A DNA stretch of 64,000 bases from assembly GCF_963921235.1 (NCBI RefSeq), contig NC_086097.1, positions 170,750,001 through 170,814,000 on the forward strand. Direction: 5' to 3'. This DNA comes from Mobula hypostoma. Taxonomy: Eukaryota. Each line of letters begins with the position of its first letter. Positions within the stretch are counted from its first letter, which is position 1. A program made the translations under genes and the position numbers. The notes beneath the pieces were generated by a model that was not told the DNA's origin, did not search any database, and saw only the letters and a program-made list of their open reading frames with translations. Positions 1 through 11,897 of the stretch are shown here, one piece after another.

Positions 1-219
1 CTCAGAAAGGCAGCGTCCATTATTATGGACCTCCAGCACCCGGGGTATACCCTTTACTCACTGTTACCATCAGGTAGGAGGTACATTGTTTTGTGTGTGT
101 TACTCCAGGTTTTTAATTGCAAGAGTTGAGGTGTGAGAAGGAATGAGAAGGTAGGCAAAGTCTTGAACGATATTTATAGGGTGAGGGTAATTCCTATCAT
201 TGTAGAACCTGGAACCTAG

Positions 220-615
220 GGTGGTGCAGTAGCATAGCAGTTAGAATAATGCTTTCTAGCACCAGTGATCAGAAGATCAGGGAGGAGTTATACATTTACC
301 CTGTGACTGAGTGCATTTCCTCCAAGTGCTCAAGTTTCCTACCACATTCCAAAAAGATGTTCTGGTTAGGTTTAGTAAGTTACATACTATGTTGGTGTCA
401 GAAGATGTTCTGGTTAGGTTTAGTAAGTTACATGCTATGTTGGTGCCAGACGATGTTCTGGTTTAGTAAGTTGCATGCTATGTTGGTGCCAGAAGAATGG
501 CGACACTTGTGAGCTGCCCCAGCACATCTTCAGGCTGTGCTGGTCATTAATGAAACATTTCGATTAATTTGATGTTTCGATGTACATTTGACAAATAATG
601 CTAATCATTAATCTT
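220..615 (+). mobile_element. tRNA-derived V-domain SINE with an internal 48-bp triplication
   Basis: tRNA-like head (gtagcatagcagttag) and V-like core (tttcctccaagtgctcaagtttcctaccacattccaaa). The repeat unit starts at 356, 404 and 452. Confidence 0.6.
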
Positions 616-899
616 TTTTCTTTAACTAAAAATAAGGGGTTGTTGGCTAAAAATAAATTCCAGGCAATTTTTTTTCCTCTTAAGTTGGTTGCATGTCTTT
701 GGAACTAAGTTTACAATCAAATCGGTCACAAACTTATTTAATGGTTTGATAACCTTAGTAATATGAATTTATATGCTTGTATGTTTCTGTGATATATTAA
801 TCCATGGTCCTGTCTGCCCTCTTAGGCGAATGTAACAGATACCATAGACTATGTGAGAAAGAATGAAGGAGCTCCCCCAGTCTCCTGGCTAGCACATAA

Positions 900-1935
900 A
901 CCAAATGACAAAGGAGCAGAATTAGGCTATTCACCCTATTGAGTCTGCTCTGCTACTCAGTCATGGCTGATTTATATTCCCTCTTAACCCTTCTTCCTGC
1001 CTTCTCCCTGTAACTTTAATGCTGTTACTAATAAAGAACCTATCAACCTTTGCTTTAAATTTACCCAATGGCTTGGCCTCCATAGCCATCTGTGGCAATG
1101 AATTCCACAGATTTATCACCCTCTGGCTAAAGAAATTCCTCCTCATCACTGTTCTAAAGTGACATCCTAAAATTCTGAGGCTATGCTCTCTGGTCCTAGA
1201 CTCTTCCACCATAGGAAACATTGTCTCCACATCCACTCTAGTTAGGCATTTCATGATTCAGTAGGTTTCCATAGGATTCCCCTCCTCCATTCTTCTAAAC
1301 TCCAGTGAGTACAGGTCCAGAGCCATCAATAAATGCTCCTGATATGTTAACTCTTTTATTCCCAGAATCATTCTCGTAAACCTCCTCTGAACCCTCTCCA
1401 AAGCCAGCACAGTTTTTCTTAGATAGGGGCACAAAACTGCTCCACACTCCAAATGTGGTCTGGCCAATGCCTTATAAAGCCTCAGCAGCACATCAACCCT
1501 TTTATATTCTAGTCCTCTCAAAATAAATGCTAACATTGCATTTGTCTTCTTTAATACTGACTCAACTAGCAAGTCTATCTTAAGAGAATCCTGCACTAGG
1601 ACTCTCAAACTTCCAATTTCTGAGTTCTCTCCCCATTTAGAAAATAATCTATGCCATTTTTCCTTCTACCAAATTGCATGACCATACATTTCCCTGCCCT
1701 GCATTCCACCTGCTATTTCTTTGTCCATCCTCCTAATCTGGCCGAGTCCTTCTGCAGAATCCTAGCTTCCTCAACATTTGTTATCCCTCCATCTATCTTT
1801 GTATCATCCACAGACATGGCCAAAAAGCCATCGACTCCATTATTTAGTTCATTAATGTAAAATGTAAAAAGTAGCAGACCTGATAACAACACCTGAGAAC
1901 AAAACTAGTCACTGGCAGCCGTTCAGAAAAGCCTT
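900..1935 (-). mobile_element. CR1 LINE 3' fragment
   Basis: ORFs 961-1254 and 1258-1608 (RRNFFSQRVINLWNSLP; LYKALARPHLE..LERVQRRFTRMI). Confidence 0.88.
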
Positions 1936-2679
1936 ACTCCCTGTGTGATAGCCACCAAGGCAGACAACACAGTTTCAATGAAACTTGTGTGGAGTGGGTG
2001 GGGGGGGTGTGGTTATGCTTGAAGTAAATGCTGCATATCTAACACAATTGTACTTCACTGAGTATGAAGCACCTCGTAAAAGGAATTGCAACAGTCAATG
2101 CTCTTTTTTTTTGGCAATGGGCATCTGACTGAACAGCACTCATTTTATATTTTTAATTGATCATAAGTAAAGGATTGAATAGAAGGTACCAAATGTAGAG
2201 TTGGAAGGCGGTATCCTGTGAATGTCTGATTTAATTTCAAAATAATACAATAGTCTATAAAGTGGAAAATTGTTTACCATCCCAGGACTATCTAATCATT
2301 TAACAGGGGTGAAAGTATTGAATCACTGTTTGATTTGAACATGTTCCAGAACTGACGCTACCGAAGATAATTGCTGCAAGACCAAAAGACCATGAGATAT
2401 TAGGCCATTCAGCTCATTAAGGCTACTCCGCCATTCAAATGACTGATCTTTTTTACAGAAGTCCCATTCTCTTGCCTTCTCCTGTAACCCTTATCATCCT
2501 TACCAATCAAGAGCCTATCAAGCTCTGCCTTAATTAGTTCCAATAACTTGGCTTTCACAACCTTTTTAATTCTAATTTAAATTCAAAGACGAAGGGGATA
2601 TTTTGATAAATAACTTAAATTTGTACAGATCTATAAGCAAAACAATGGTTATACAGTAGACGTTTGCAGGAGATGAGAC

Positions 2680-2832
2680 TTCATTCCCTTCCTCCCACTT
2701 TTTTATTCTGCTCTTTCTCCTTCCATTCCAGTCCTGATGAAAGGTCTCAGCCCAAAACATCGACTGTTCATTCATTTCCATAGATGCTGCTTGAACTGCT
2801 GAGTTCCTCCAGGATTTTGAGTGTGTTACTTT
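2680..2832 (+). mobile_element. Older Penelope-like terminal fragment with a decayed hammerhead motif
   Basis: cagtc-CTGATGA-aaggtctcagccc-AAAA-catc-gactg followed by the family tail ...atagatgctgc...gagttcctccag. Confidence 0.65.
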
Positions 2833-2859
2833 CCATTTAAAATAGTTAGAAAGTAAAAA

Positions 2860-3470
2860 TAAGTTTCCCTGAAAGTGGATTCACAGGTAAACAGGTTGGT
2901 GAGGAAGAATTGTCACAACATTCAAGGCGCTGAGTTTGGGATATTATGACTTAATTTACAAGATGTTGGTGAGGCCATATTTAGAGTTTTTGATACCTTG
3001 CTCGAGAAAAATTAGCACTAAGCAGGAAAGGGTGCAGAGATATACAAGAATGTAGCTGAGACTTGAGGGACTGAGTTATGGAGAGAGTCTGAGCATTTAT
3101 TGGAGTGTAGATAAATGAGGGGTGATCTTATAGCGGAGTATAAAATCTTAAAGGGCATAGAGTGAATGTGCAGTCTCTTTCCCAAGATTGGGAAATCAAG
3201 ATCTAGAGGGCATAAGTTTAGGGTCGGAGGGGGAGACTTAAATGAAACATGAAGGGTGACTTTTTCACCCTGACAATGGTCTGTATATGGAACCAGCTAC
3301 CAGAGGAAGTAGTTGAGGAAGATACATTAATAATATTTAAAATGTACTTTTGTAGGTATATTGATTGAAAAGGTTGAGAGTGATATGGATCAAACACGAT
3401 CAAATGAATCCACTTCTGATGTGCATCCTAGTTGACATGGACGATTTTTGTGCTGTATGACTATGAGTCC
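2860..3470 (+). mobile_element. Decayed CR1 LINE 3' fragment
   Basis: Degenerate LVRP.LE, MRGDLI.EYKILKG and FFT..V..WN.LP.EVVE motifs. Confidence 0.7.
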
Positions 3471-3879
3471 TTGGGTTTGGGGGGCACACTGGATGTTGGG
3501 AAATGCTTTCAAGAGTAATATTGAAAAGGAGGTGGAAGAGCACAGAAGTTAATGCTGCATCTTCCCAGATCCAGCGATCTAGGTTTGATCATAATGTTCA
3601 ATGCTGTCTGTGTGGAGATAGCATATTCTACCTGTGACGGCAAATGCTTGATATCCTATCAATTTGTTAATTGTCAGCAGTGATTGACCTAAGATGTAGC
3701 TGGGTATCTCGAGAATTAGGCTAGAGGTCCAGTTAATGCACATGCAGGAGAGAATAGGGTGCAGAGAAATGAGTAGAAAGATAGGACTAAGAAATAGCGA
3801 CTGAGAGTTACCAGATGGACCAAATGACATCCTTGTGAGTAATTATGGAATGATACTACATAAGTCTGTTGGTGAGCAG

Positions 3880-4340
3880 CTTCAAGTCTCTGGCATCAAC
3901 ATCTCAGTGGATGCTTCCTGGGTCCAACATATTGATGCAATCATGATGAATGCAGCTCTACTTCATTAGGAAATACAGGAGATTTAGTATGTCACCAAGA
4001 ACTTCTGCAAATTTCTAATCATCATTGAGGACATCTTCATGAAGCAATGCCTCAAGTAGCTGGCATCCATCACTAAGGGCCCTCACCACCCAGGATATGC
4101 CCTCTTCTCTTTACTATTATTAGGGAGGAGGTACAGGAGCTTGGAGATCCACAGTCAACAATTCAGAAACAGCTTCTTGCCTTCCACTACGAGATTTCTT
4201 AATAGTGCATGAACTTAACCCTACCCTTCCAATTTTTGCAACTTCTTTTGAATCTTAAGATTTTACAGTAATTTTTATGTGCTGCCACAGAACAACAAAT
4301 TTCACATCACATGTCAGTGACAATTCTGATTCTGGTTCTG
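3880..4340 (+). mobile_element. Decayed Rex1/Babar-like LINE 3' fragment
   Basis: FKSLASTS..W..H.DA.M...LYFIR..R.F and the recurrent motif catccatca..aagg.ccctcaccacccagga.atgccctcttctc...ggaggaggtacaggagc, also seen at 1-85 and 44175-44430. Confidence 0.65.
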
Positions 4341-4805
4341 ATAACATTCCAGGGTATGGGAAAAACAATTATTGTTTCTTCAAATAGTTCTCACATACAT
4401 CATTGGCCCCTTCTGTGCTGTAGTCTTCTGTGATTTTGTGGTGCATACTTTAATAGTTTGAATCTTCCTCATCCACTGATATCTTTCAAGTTATTTTTAA
4501 TGAGCATATCTGTAGATTTTTCTGCCCATACAGTGGTAACTGTTAAAGGGCTGAGTCTTGGAATAAGTCACTTTAATGACTGTGATATGTTTGTCCATGT
4601 TTCTGTCAAGCATATCATAATTTAAGACAATTTTTTTTCCGAAAGAAAAGTACTAAGCCTTGACTTGGAGTGGCTAGCTAGCTGTTGGCAGTGTATGCCA
4701 CTATACACTAATTCCTTGACAAATATTTTGATACAAGGGAGGATGCCATTCAATACAGTGTGATCCTTATGTATTCTTAGGGCTCTAGGCAGATTTCATG
4801 ATAAT

Positions 4806-4992
4806 TGTTGTGTCTGTGCACAATTAAAATAAAAGTACACACATGGAGATGTCTATATCTGGTGTATTCACATTGCAGAGAGAGAGAGAGAACGATGAGC
4901 ATGCACAGACAACAGTGCATGCACACAACAGATCAATATGTAGTGCCAAGCGGGGAGACATCACTCTTAGAGAAATAGATCCATACATTACA
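4806..4992 (-). repeat. 3' LTR of the Gypsy element
   Basis: Homologous to 11688-11897. A polypurine tract (cttccttctcctt on +) lies immediately inside at 4993-5005. Confidence 0.88.
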
Positions 4993-5120
4993 CTTCCTTC
5001 TCCTTTAGATTAATGCAACATAAAACTGTATATGTACAAAACATTCATTTGTCCTTTCATAAACCCATGTTCCAAACAAACATGCTTTCACAGTATCAGT
5101 CCGTAACTAACTTCACAATT

Positions 5121-8100
5121 CTAAAGGTTCAGTCTTTTGGGTGGCCCTCTTTTTCTTTTAGGATAGCACCTCTGGACCTGTGGAATGGCATCAGGCTTAT
5201 CAGGTGTCTTGTCAACGATAACGTTCTTGTTGGGTCTCTGGGCCTGTTGAGTGGCAACAGGTTTGGTAGGCGTCTTTTCTAAAACAACATTCTCTGTTTC
5301 CAGTGTCACGTTGCTGTCAGTGACATTATCACTAAGAGGTAAGTCTGGTAATTGTGATGTGTCCATGTTGTTGGATGTAATCGACTCAGCTGTGTTCTTT
5401 GGTTGAGCATCCAGTATCTGGTCCATGTGGTGTCTTCACGTCTGATCTCCAACATCCACTGTGAATATCAATGGTCCAGCTCCTGTAGCTATCCTACCAG
5501 GTGTCCACTTGTCTTCTCAGTAATCATGTGTGAGGACTTCCTATCCAATCTCGAAGCTCCTTGCTGCTTCACTTGGCAACTGGTTGAACTGTTTATTTTG
5601 CACTTCGCTTTGAGGTCTAGTTTCAGGAGGTCTGTGGAAGGTCTCAGATTCCTGCTTATGAAGAGCATTGCAAGTGTTTGATTTGTCATCGCATGAACAG
5701 AGTTCTGATACACAAAAAGGAAGCTGTCCATCTTGTGCTGTAGAGAAATGTCCTCCTTGTCCATCACTTTAATGGATATCGTGAAGGTTAGGCTTAGCCT
5801 TTCAGCTAACCTGTTTGTTGTTGGGTGGTGAGGAGTTGACTTAAATGTCTGATGCCATTTTTCTTCGTAAACAGTCGGAATCTTTCTGACATGTATTGTG
5901 GTCTGTTGTCACTCACAATTTGTTCTGGTAAGCCATGTCTAACAAAGATAGTCCTCAGAGCGGAGATAGACCTTGCTAAGGTAGTTGACTTCATTGCTAT
6001 GACCTCTGTCCACTTTGAATGAGCATCCACAGCAATCAGAAACATGGAGTCCGTGAATGTCCCAGCAAAGTCAATATGTACTCTTTGCCATTGTGATGAC
6101 AGCCATTCCCATGGGCATTACATGCCTGTGGGGGTGCTTTTTGAACTTTTTGGCATCCTGAAGAGCATTTACCCAAGTCTTAAATCTGTGTATCTATTCC
6201 CGGCCATCACACGTAGCTTCGGATGAGACCCTTCATCTTGACTGTACCCAGGAGTCTTTCATGCAGATTTTCTGACACTCTGGTGTGAAGTTTATAGGGA
6301 ACGACAACGTGAGATCCACACATCAGCATTCTTTGACATATCGATAGCAGGTCTCACCTCGCTGAGAACTCTGGAAACATAGGGTTACCATGAGCTTGTC
6401 ATCCTTGTGCAGTGATTTCATAAACCTTTGATAATGTCAGGTCATCCTTCGTTTCTCTTTGTATTTCTGCATTTGTTACTGGCAACTGTTCCACCAATGC
6501 TGTGTGAAACACTTCTGCTGGGTCACAGTATGAAGACTTTTCTTCTTCAGTTGCCGATAGTGGAAGACATGACAAGCCATCAGTGTTGCTGTGTTGTTTG
6601 GTACCCTTGAACTCTATGTCATAAGAGTGGGCTCCTAGGAACAGTGTCCAGCATTGTAACCGGGTAGCAGTCATCACTGGAATTCCCCTCCTGGGATTGA
6701 AAATGGACACAGGGGACTGGTGATCTGTCACTAGGGTAGACTTTTGTCGATAGAGGTTGTGGTGGAACTTCTTTATTCCACAGACTAGACTAAGGGCCAC
6801 TCAGTCAATCTGTATGTAGTTGCATTCTGCGCTTGTCAATAATCTTGAAGCAAATGCAATCAGCCGTTCAGATCCATCTTTCGTAATGTGTGACAAAATG
6901 GTTCCAATTCCATAAGGGGACGATAGCGTGTCAATCTGATGGGGAGGGATGGGTCATAATGGGTGAGCAATTCATCAGATGTAATTAGTCTCTTTGTTTC
7001 CTTGAATGCTCTTTCACATCTTTCTGACCATTCCCACTTTGCTCCTGTCTGTGATGGTGCATTCAATGGGTGCAGCACTAAAGCAACGTTTAGGAGAAAC
7101 CGGTGGTAGTAGTTTACAAGGCCTAAGCATGACCTGAGTTGTGACACATTTTCTGGTCTGGGTGCCTGTAGCACTGCTTCAGTCTTCCCTTGTGACTTAC
7201 GTAAGACATATTTGTCAATGAAATGTCCACAATATGAGATTTCCTTCTTGAAAAACGCACATTTCTCTCTCTTTGCACGCAAACCATACTCACTCAGCCC
7301 GGTAAGCACTTTACCAGGGTTCTGGAGGTGCTCTTCATCATTTTTGCCAGTCACACTGATGTCATCAAGGTAACATTGTGTTCCTGGGATACCTTAGAGC
7401 ACTTGAACCATTGCTCTTTGCCAAATTGCTGGAGCTGATGTGACACCAAAGACAAGATGTTTATGCTGGAACAGTCCCTTGTGAGTGTTGATTGTTAAGG
7501 AACTTCCTGCTTAACTCCTCAACCTCCATTTGCAGATAGGCTTGTAACAAGTCAAACTATGAAAACCTCTCCCCACCTGCCAAAGATGCAAAAATGTCTT
7601 CTATTTGTGGCAGTGGATACTGCACAGTACACAGCACTGTGTTGATGCTCACCTTGAAATCCTCATATGCGAATGGCTGTGGCCTTCCCTTTCTTGATCA
7701 CCGGGACAATGGGCATGGCCCAATCACTCCACTCAACCTTGGAGAGAATGCCAGATGCCTCCAAGCTCTGTAGTTCAGCATCCGCTTTAGGACGTAGTAT
7801 GTAAGGCACTGGATGTGCTTTGTGGAATCTTGGTGTTGCTGCTTCATCCAGTTCAAGTCTGGCCTTAATGCCTTTGACTTTACCAATCCCTTTCTCAAAT
7901 ACCTTCTCATCAGCATTAAGCAGCTGTGCCAGTCTCTGGTTAGTGCTACCATTTGGGCTATCGTTGCCTGTTGATGTCACACTGAGAGCTTTGACTGAGT
8001 GCCAGTCCAGTTGGATTTTTCTCAAACATTCATGTCAGAAAAATGCTGGCCCTCCACTTTTCAATACATAAAGCTCCAACGGTTGTGTTTGGCCTCCATA

Positions 8101-8270
8101 CATCACACTTACTTTCAGTTTGCTTTCACTTTTTGCCTGTGTAAGACTTTAGCATTGTATAGTATCTTAGAAAACAGTCTGCTGGAGTCAGCCTCTGGAA
8201 TTATAGACAAAGCTGAACCTGTATCCAGCTTCATTTTCAGTTTTACACCAGACACATCTTTTGTGATCCA
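5121..8270 (-). pseudogene. Gypsy pol remnant (protease, RT, RNase H, integrase) with frameshifts and stops
   Basis: ORF-track pieces: KLDTGSALSII; PRFHKAHPVPY...WAMPIVPVIKK; CYLDDISVTGKNDEEHL; LRSCLGLVNYYHRF; LVTDHQSPVSIF; HIDFAG...FLIAVDAHSKW...IVSDN; C-terminal RCYPKRKRGPPKRL. Confidence 0.92.
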
Positions 8271-8459
8271 CATCAAAGTTGCTGGTGAACGCAGCAGGCC
8301 AGGCAGCATCTCTAGGAAGAGGTACAGTCCTGACGAAGGGTGTCGGCCCGTAACAGCGACTGTACCTCTTCCTAGAGATGCTGCCTGGCCTGCTGCGTTC
8401 ACCAGCAACTTTGATGTGTGTTGCTTGAATTTCCAGCATCTGCAGAATTCCTCGTGTTT
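8271..8459 (+). mobile_element. Penelope-like element terminal fragment in fold-back (hairpin) form
   Basis: Near-identical to the 3' end of 10099-10646. A 61-bp perfect inverted repeat surrounds a mutated hammerhead core. Confidence 0.8.
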
Positions 8460-9367
8460 CTATGGTCATAGCAATCATAGTCATACTTTATTAATCCCGG
8501 GGGAAATTGGTTTTCGTTACAGTTGCTCCATAAATAATAACTAGTAATAGAACCATAAATAGTTAAATAGTAATATGTAAATTATGCCAGTAAATTATGA
8601 AATAAGTCCAGGACCAGCCTATTGGCTCAGGGTGTCTGACCCTCCAAGGGAGGAGTTGCAAAGTTTGATGGCCACAGGCAGGAATGACCTCCTATGTCGC
8701 TCAGTGCTGCATCTCGGTGGAATGGGTCTCTGGCTGAATGTACTCCTGTGCCCACCCAGTACATTATGTAGTGGATGGGAGACATTGACCAAGATGGCAT
8801 ACAACTTGGATAGCATCCTCTTTTCAGACACCACCGTCAGAGAGTCCAGTTCCATCCCCACAACATCACTGGCCTTACGAATGAGTTTGTTGATTCTGTT
8901 GGTGTCTGCTACCCTCAGCCTGCTGCCCCAGCACACAACAGTAAACATGATAGCACTGGCCACCACAGACTTGTAGAACATCCTCAGCATCGTCCGGCAG
9001 ATGTTAAAGTACCTCAGTCTCCTCAGGAAATACAGATGGCTCTGACCCTTCTTGTAGACAGCCTCAGTGTTCTTTGACCAGTCCAGTTTATCGTCAATTC
9101 GTATCCCCAGGTATTTGTAATCCTCCACCATGTCCACCCTGACCCCCTGGATGGAAACAGGGGTCACCAGTACCTTAGCTCTCCTCAGGTCTACCACCAG
9201 CTCCTTAGTCTTTTTCACATTAAGCTGCACTGCAGATAATTCTGCTCACACCATGTGACAAAGTTTCCTACCGTAGCCCTGTACTCAGCCTCGTCTCCCT
9301 TGCTGATGCATCCAACTATGGCAGAGTCATCCGAAAACTTCTGAAGATGACAAGACTCTGTGCAGTA
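8460..9367 (-). mobile_element. Rex1/Babar-type LINE, 5'-truncated (RT C-terminus, 3' UTR and short-repeat tail)
   Basis: ORF 8619-9230 reads LNVKKTKELVVDLRR...YKYLGIRIDDKLDWSKNT...KKGQSHLYFLRRLRYF...FYKSVVASAIMF...CWGS. The tail is a degenerate (CTATGA)n. Confidence 0.82.
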
Positions 9368-10098
9368 TTGTGATCCAAATGATTTTGTGATCTGTTTTGG
9401 TTATACTATGCAGTTTTAGGTATGACAGTTCACTTTTGCCAGACTCTGTTGTTTGATTCTGTTTTACATTCGGTAACTTTATGTAGTTGGTTAGTTTTGT
9501 ATTTGAGACTTTTCACTCGGTTGTGCTTTTTGTCTGCCTTGCACATTCTTTCTATGTGACCTTGTCTGTGACATTTTCTGCATACTTTTTCTTGAACCAA
9601 CAGTCATTTGCATCATGGGAGGATTTACCACATCAGTAATATCTTTGGCTTTTTGCATCATGCAGGGACAATTTGTGCATTTCACATTCTAACCTCCTTT
9701 TCTGTAGATCTGCTGCATCCTTTGCTGCAGTCTTTCACAATATTGCAATGGTCAATACCTGTTCTACGGTTAGGTCTCTTTCAGACATTAGCCTCCTTTG
9801 AGTGCTTAGATTATGCATGCCACATACAAGCCTGTCCCTTAATGCATCAGGAAGTCCATCTATAAAGTCATAGTACTGGAAAAGTTTGCGTAGTTCTGCA
9901 ATGTATTCAGAAATGCTTTCATCTTTTGACTGGTTCCTTTTGTAAAATCTAAATCTCTCAGCTATTATGAGTGGTTTAGGGCTCAAGTGATTGTGTGAAA
10001 TTGTAAGAATTTCATCAAACGTCATGCTTGCTGTCTTTTCAGGAGTTATTAGATTGTGTAAGAGACTGTACATTTTCGCACCCATTAAGTTAAGAAGG

Positions 10099-10646
10099 CC
10101 TCCTTTACTGTAAAGATGAAGCCACAGTCAGGTTGGAGGAACAACACCTTATATTCCGTCTGGGTAGCCTCCAACCTGATGGCATGAACATTGACTTCTC
10201 TAACTTCTGTGAATGCCCCACCTCCCCATTGTACCCCATTTGTTATTTATTTATATACACACATTCTTTTTTTTTTCTCTCTCTCCTTTTTCTCCCTCTG
10301 TTCCTCTGACTATACCCCTTGCCCATCCTCTGGGTTTTCCCCCCCTCCCCTTCTCCCTGGGCCTCCTGTCCCACGATCCTCTCATATCCCTTTTGAAAAT
10401 CACCTGTCCAGCTCTTGGCTCCATCCCTCCCCCTCCTGTCTTTTCCTATCATTTTGGATCTCCCCCTCCCCCTCCCACTTTCAAATCTCTTACTAGCTCT
10501 TCTTTCAGTTAGTCCTGACGAAGGGTCTCAGCCCGAAATGTCGACTGTGCCTCTTCCTAGAGATGCTGCCTGGCCTGCTGCGTTCACCAGCAACTTTGAT
10601 GTGTGTTGCTTGAATTTCCAGCATCTTTAGAATTCCTCGTGTTTGC
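10099..10646 (+). mobile_element. Penelope-like element 3' fragment (GIY-YIG C-terminus, UTR, hammerhead motif, terminal segment)
   Basis: Encodes RLEEQHLIFRLGSLQPDGMNIDFSNF, typical of the end of PLE GIY-YIG ORFs. A 12-bp TSD AAGTTAAGAAGG (10087-10098, 10647-10658) lies inside gag. Confidence 0.85.
10511..10546 (+). ncRNA. Minimal type I hammerhead ribozyme motif, near-intact
   Basis: agtc-CTGACGA-A-GGGT ctca GCCC-GAAA-TG-TC-gact. Stem I is agtc/gact, stem II is 4 bp with a tetraloop, and the core boxes are intact. Helix III is the minimal palindromic type (ACGT, here ATGT). Predicted cleavage is after 10542. Confidence 0.72.
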
Positions 10647-10695
10647 AAGTTAAGAAGGGCAGGGGCTGTCTTTTGCTTTTCCACATTCACAGTAC

Positions 10696-11465
10696 AATAC
10701 AATGGCAAATGCGAGGTCATCCGCTTTGGAAGGAAAAGTGGAAAATTGCAGTATGCTGCTGTGCAGAGGGACTTGGGAGTGCTTGTGCATGAATAACAAA
10801 AGGTTGGTTTGCATGTGCAGCTGGCTATCAAGAAGGCAAATGGAATGTTAGCCTTCTTTGTTCGAGGGATTGAATTTAAGAATAAGGAGGTTATGCCGCA
10901 ACTGTACGGGGTACTGGTGAGGCCACACCTCTGTACAGTTCTGGTCTTACTTGAGGAAGGATGTACTGGTTTTGGAAGCAGGGCAGAAGAGGTTCACCAG
11001 GTTGATTCCAGGGATGAGGGGGTTAGACTATGAGTTGCCTGGGACTGTACTCACTGGAATTCAGATGAATGAGAGGAGATCTTATAAAAACATAAGAAAT
11101 TATGAAAGGGATAGATAAGATAGAGGCAGGAAAGTTGTTTCCACTGGTAGTTGAGACTTGAACTCCGGACATAGCCTCAGGATTCGGGGGAATAGATTTA
11201 GGATGGAGATGAGGAGGAACTGCTTTTCCCAGAGAGTGGTGAATCTGTGGAATTCTCTGCCCAATGAAACAGTGGTGGGTACCTCAGTAACTATATTTAA
11301 GACAAGGTTGGATAGAATTTTGCATGGTAGAGGAATTAAAGGTTATGAGGAAAAGGCAGGTAGGTGGAGATGAGTCCATGGTCAGATCAGCCGCGATCTT
11401 ATTCAATGGTGGAGCAGGCATTATGGGCTAAATGGTCTACTCCTGCTCCTATTTCTTATGTCCTT
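10696..11465 (+). mobile_element. CR1 LINE 3' fragment nested in gag
   Basis: AIKKANGMLAF...GIEFKNKEVM.QLY..LVRPHL and HSLRIRG.RFR.EMRRNCFSQRVVNLWNSLP, followed by the CR1 3' end ...ctactcctgctcctatttcttatg. Confidence 0.88.
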
Positions 11466-11687
11466 TCAGTTCAACCCTCTCGATATACAACTCTCAGCCT
11501 TCATTAGCGCTATCAAATTTGTCAACTTTCGTGACTGAAGCCATCACCACATTATTTTCACTTTAACCTCAGTGCATCTTTCAATGTTGTTCATGGGTCC
11601 TTTGGCTTTCTCTCACTATTTTGTCCCATAACTGCCAGTGCAGCTTGTGGTATTTTCTGATGTTCAGGTTCATACTCATCCCTCATT

Positions 11688-11897
11688 TGTTGTGTCTGTG
11701 CACAACTACATATCGACTAAAATATTAGCATGCATGTGGGAGATGGCTTTACTGGGTGTATTCACATTGTAGAGAGAGAGAGGGAGAGTGAGCAAGGCGC
11801 ATGTGTAGACAACAGTGCTTGAGCAGACAACAGATCAGTAGGTAGTGCTAAGGGGGGTGGGGTCATTGCTCTAAAAGAAATAGATGCATACTTTGCA
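11688..11897 (-). repeat. 5' LTR of the Gypsy element
   Basis: Starts tgttgtgtctgtgcacaa, like the other LTR. The adjacent 11671-11686 is a degenerate match to a tRNA-Ser-type PBS (TGGCGACGAGGATG). Confidence 0.88.

Larger units (their letters stand above)
9500..11544 (-). pseudogene. Gypsy gag remnant, interrupted by CR1 and Penelope-like insertions
   Basis: MASVTKVDKFDS...LYIERVEL|YCTVNVEKQKTAPALLNL|MGAKMYSLL...KPLIIAERFRFYKRNQ...ALRDRLVCG rejoins across the two insertions. Degenerate zinc knuckles lie at about 9540-9640. Confidence 0.85.
4806..11897 (-). mobile_element. Full-length, decayed Ty3/Gypsy LTR retrotransposon (Mag-like lineage) with nested insertions
   Basis: Two related TG..CA LTRs and a perfect 5-bp TSD ATAAT (4801-4805 and 11898-11902). 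The minus strand carries gag, protease (LDTGSA), RT (YLDDI), RNase H and integrase remnants, in Gypsy order. Confidence 0.93.

Noticed and set aside
7999..8544. 181-aa plus-strand ORF and similar ORFs (AAWPAAFTSNFDV) at 10415, 15058 and 15116
   Set aside because: Chance frames across antisense Gypsy sequence and the non-coding Penelope terminal repeat.
8619..9230. 203-aa ORF that could be mistaken for a host gene (ALKBH8-N/DUF1891-like)
   Set aside because: It is the C-terminal part of a 5'-truncated Rex1/Babar LINE RT with its 3' tail, nested in a Gypsy element.
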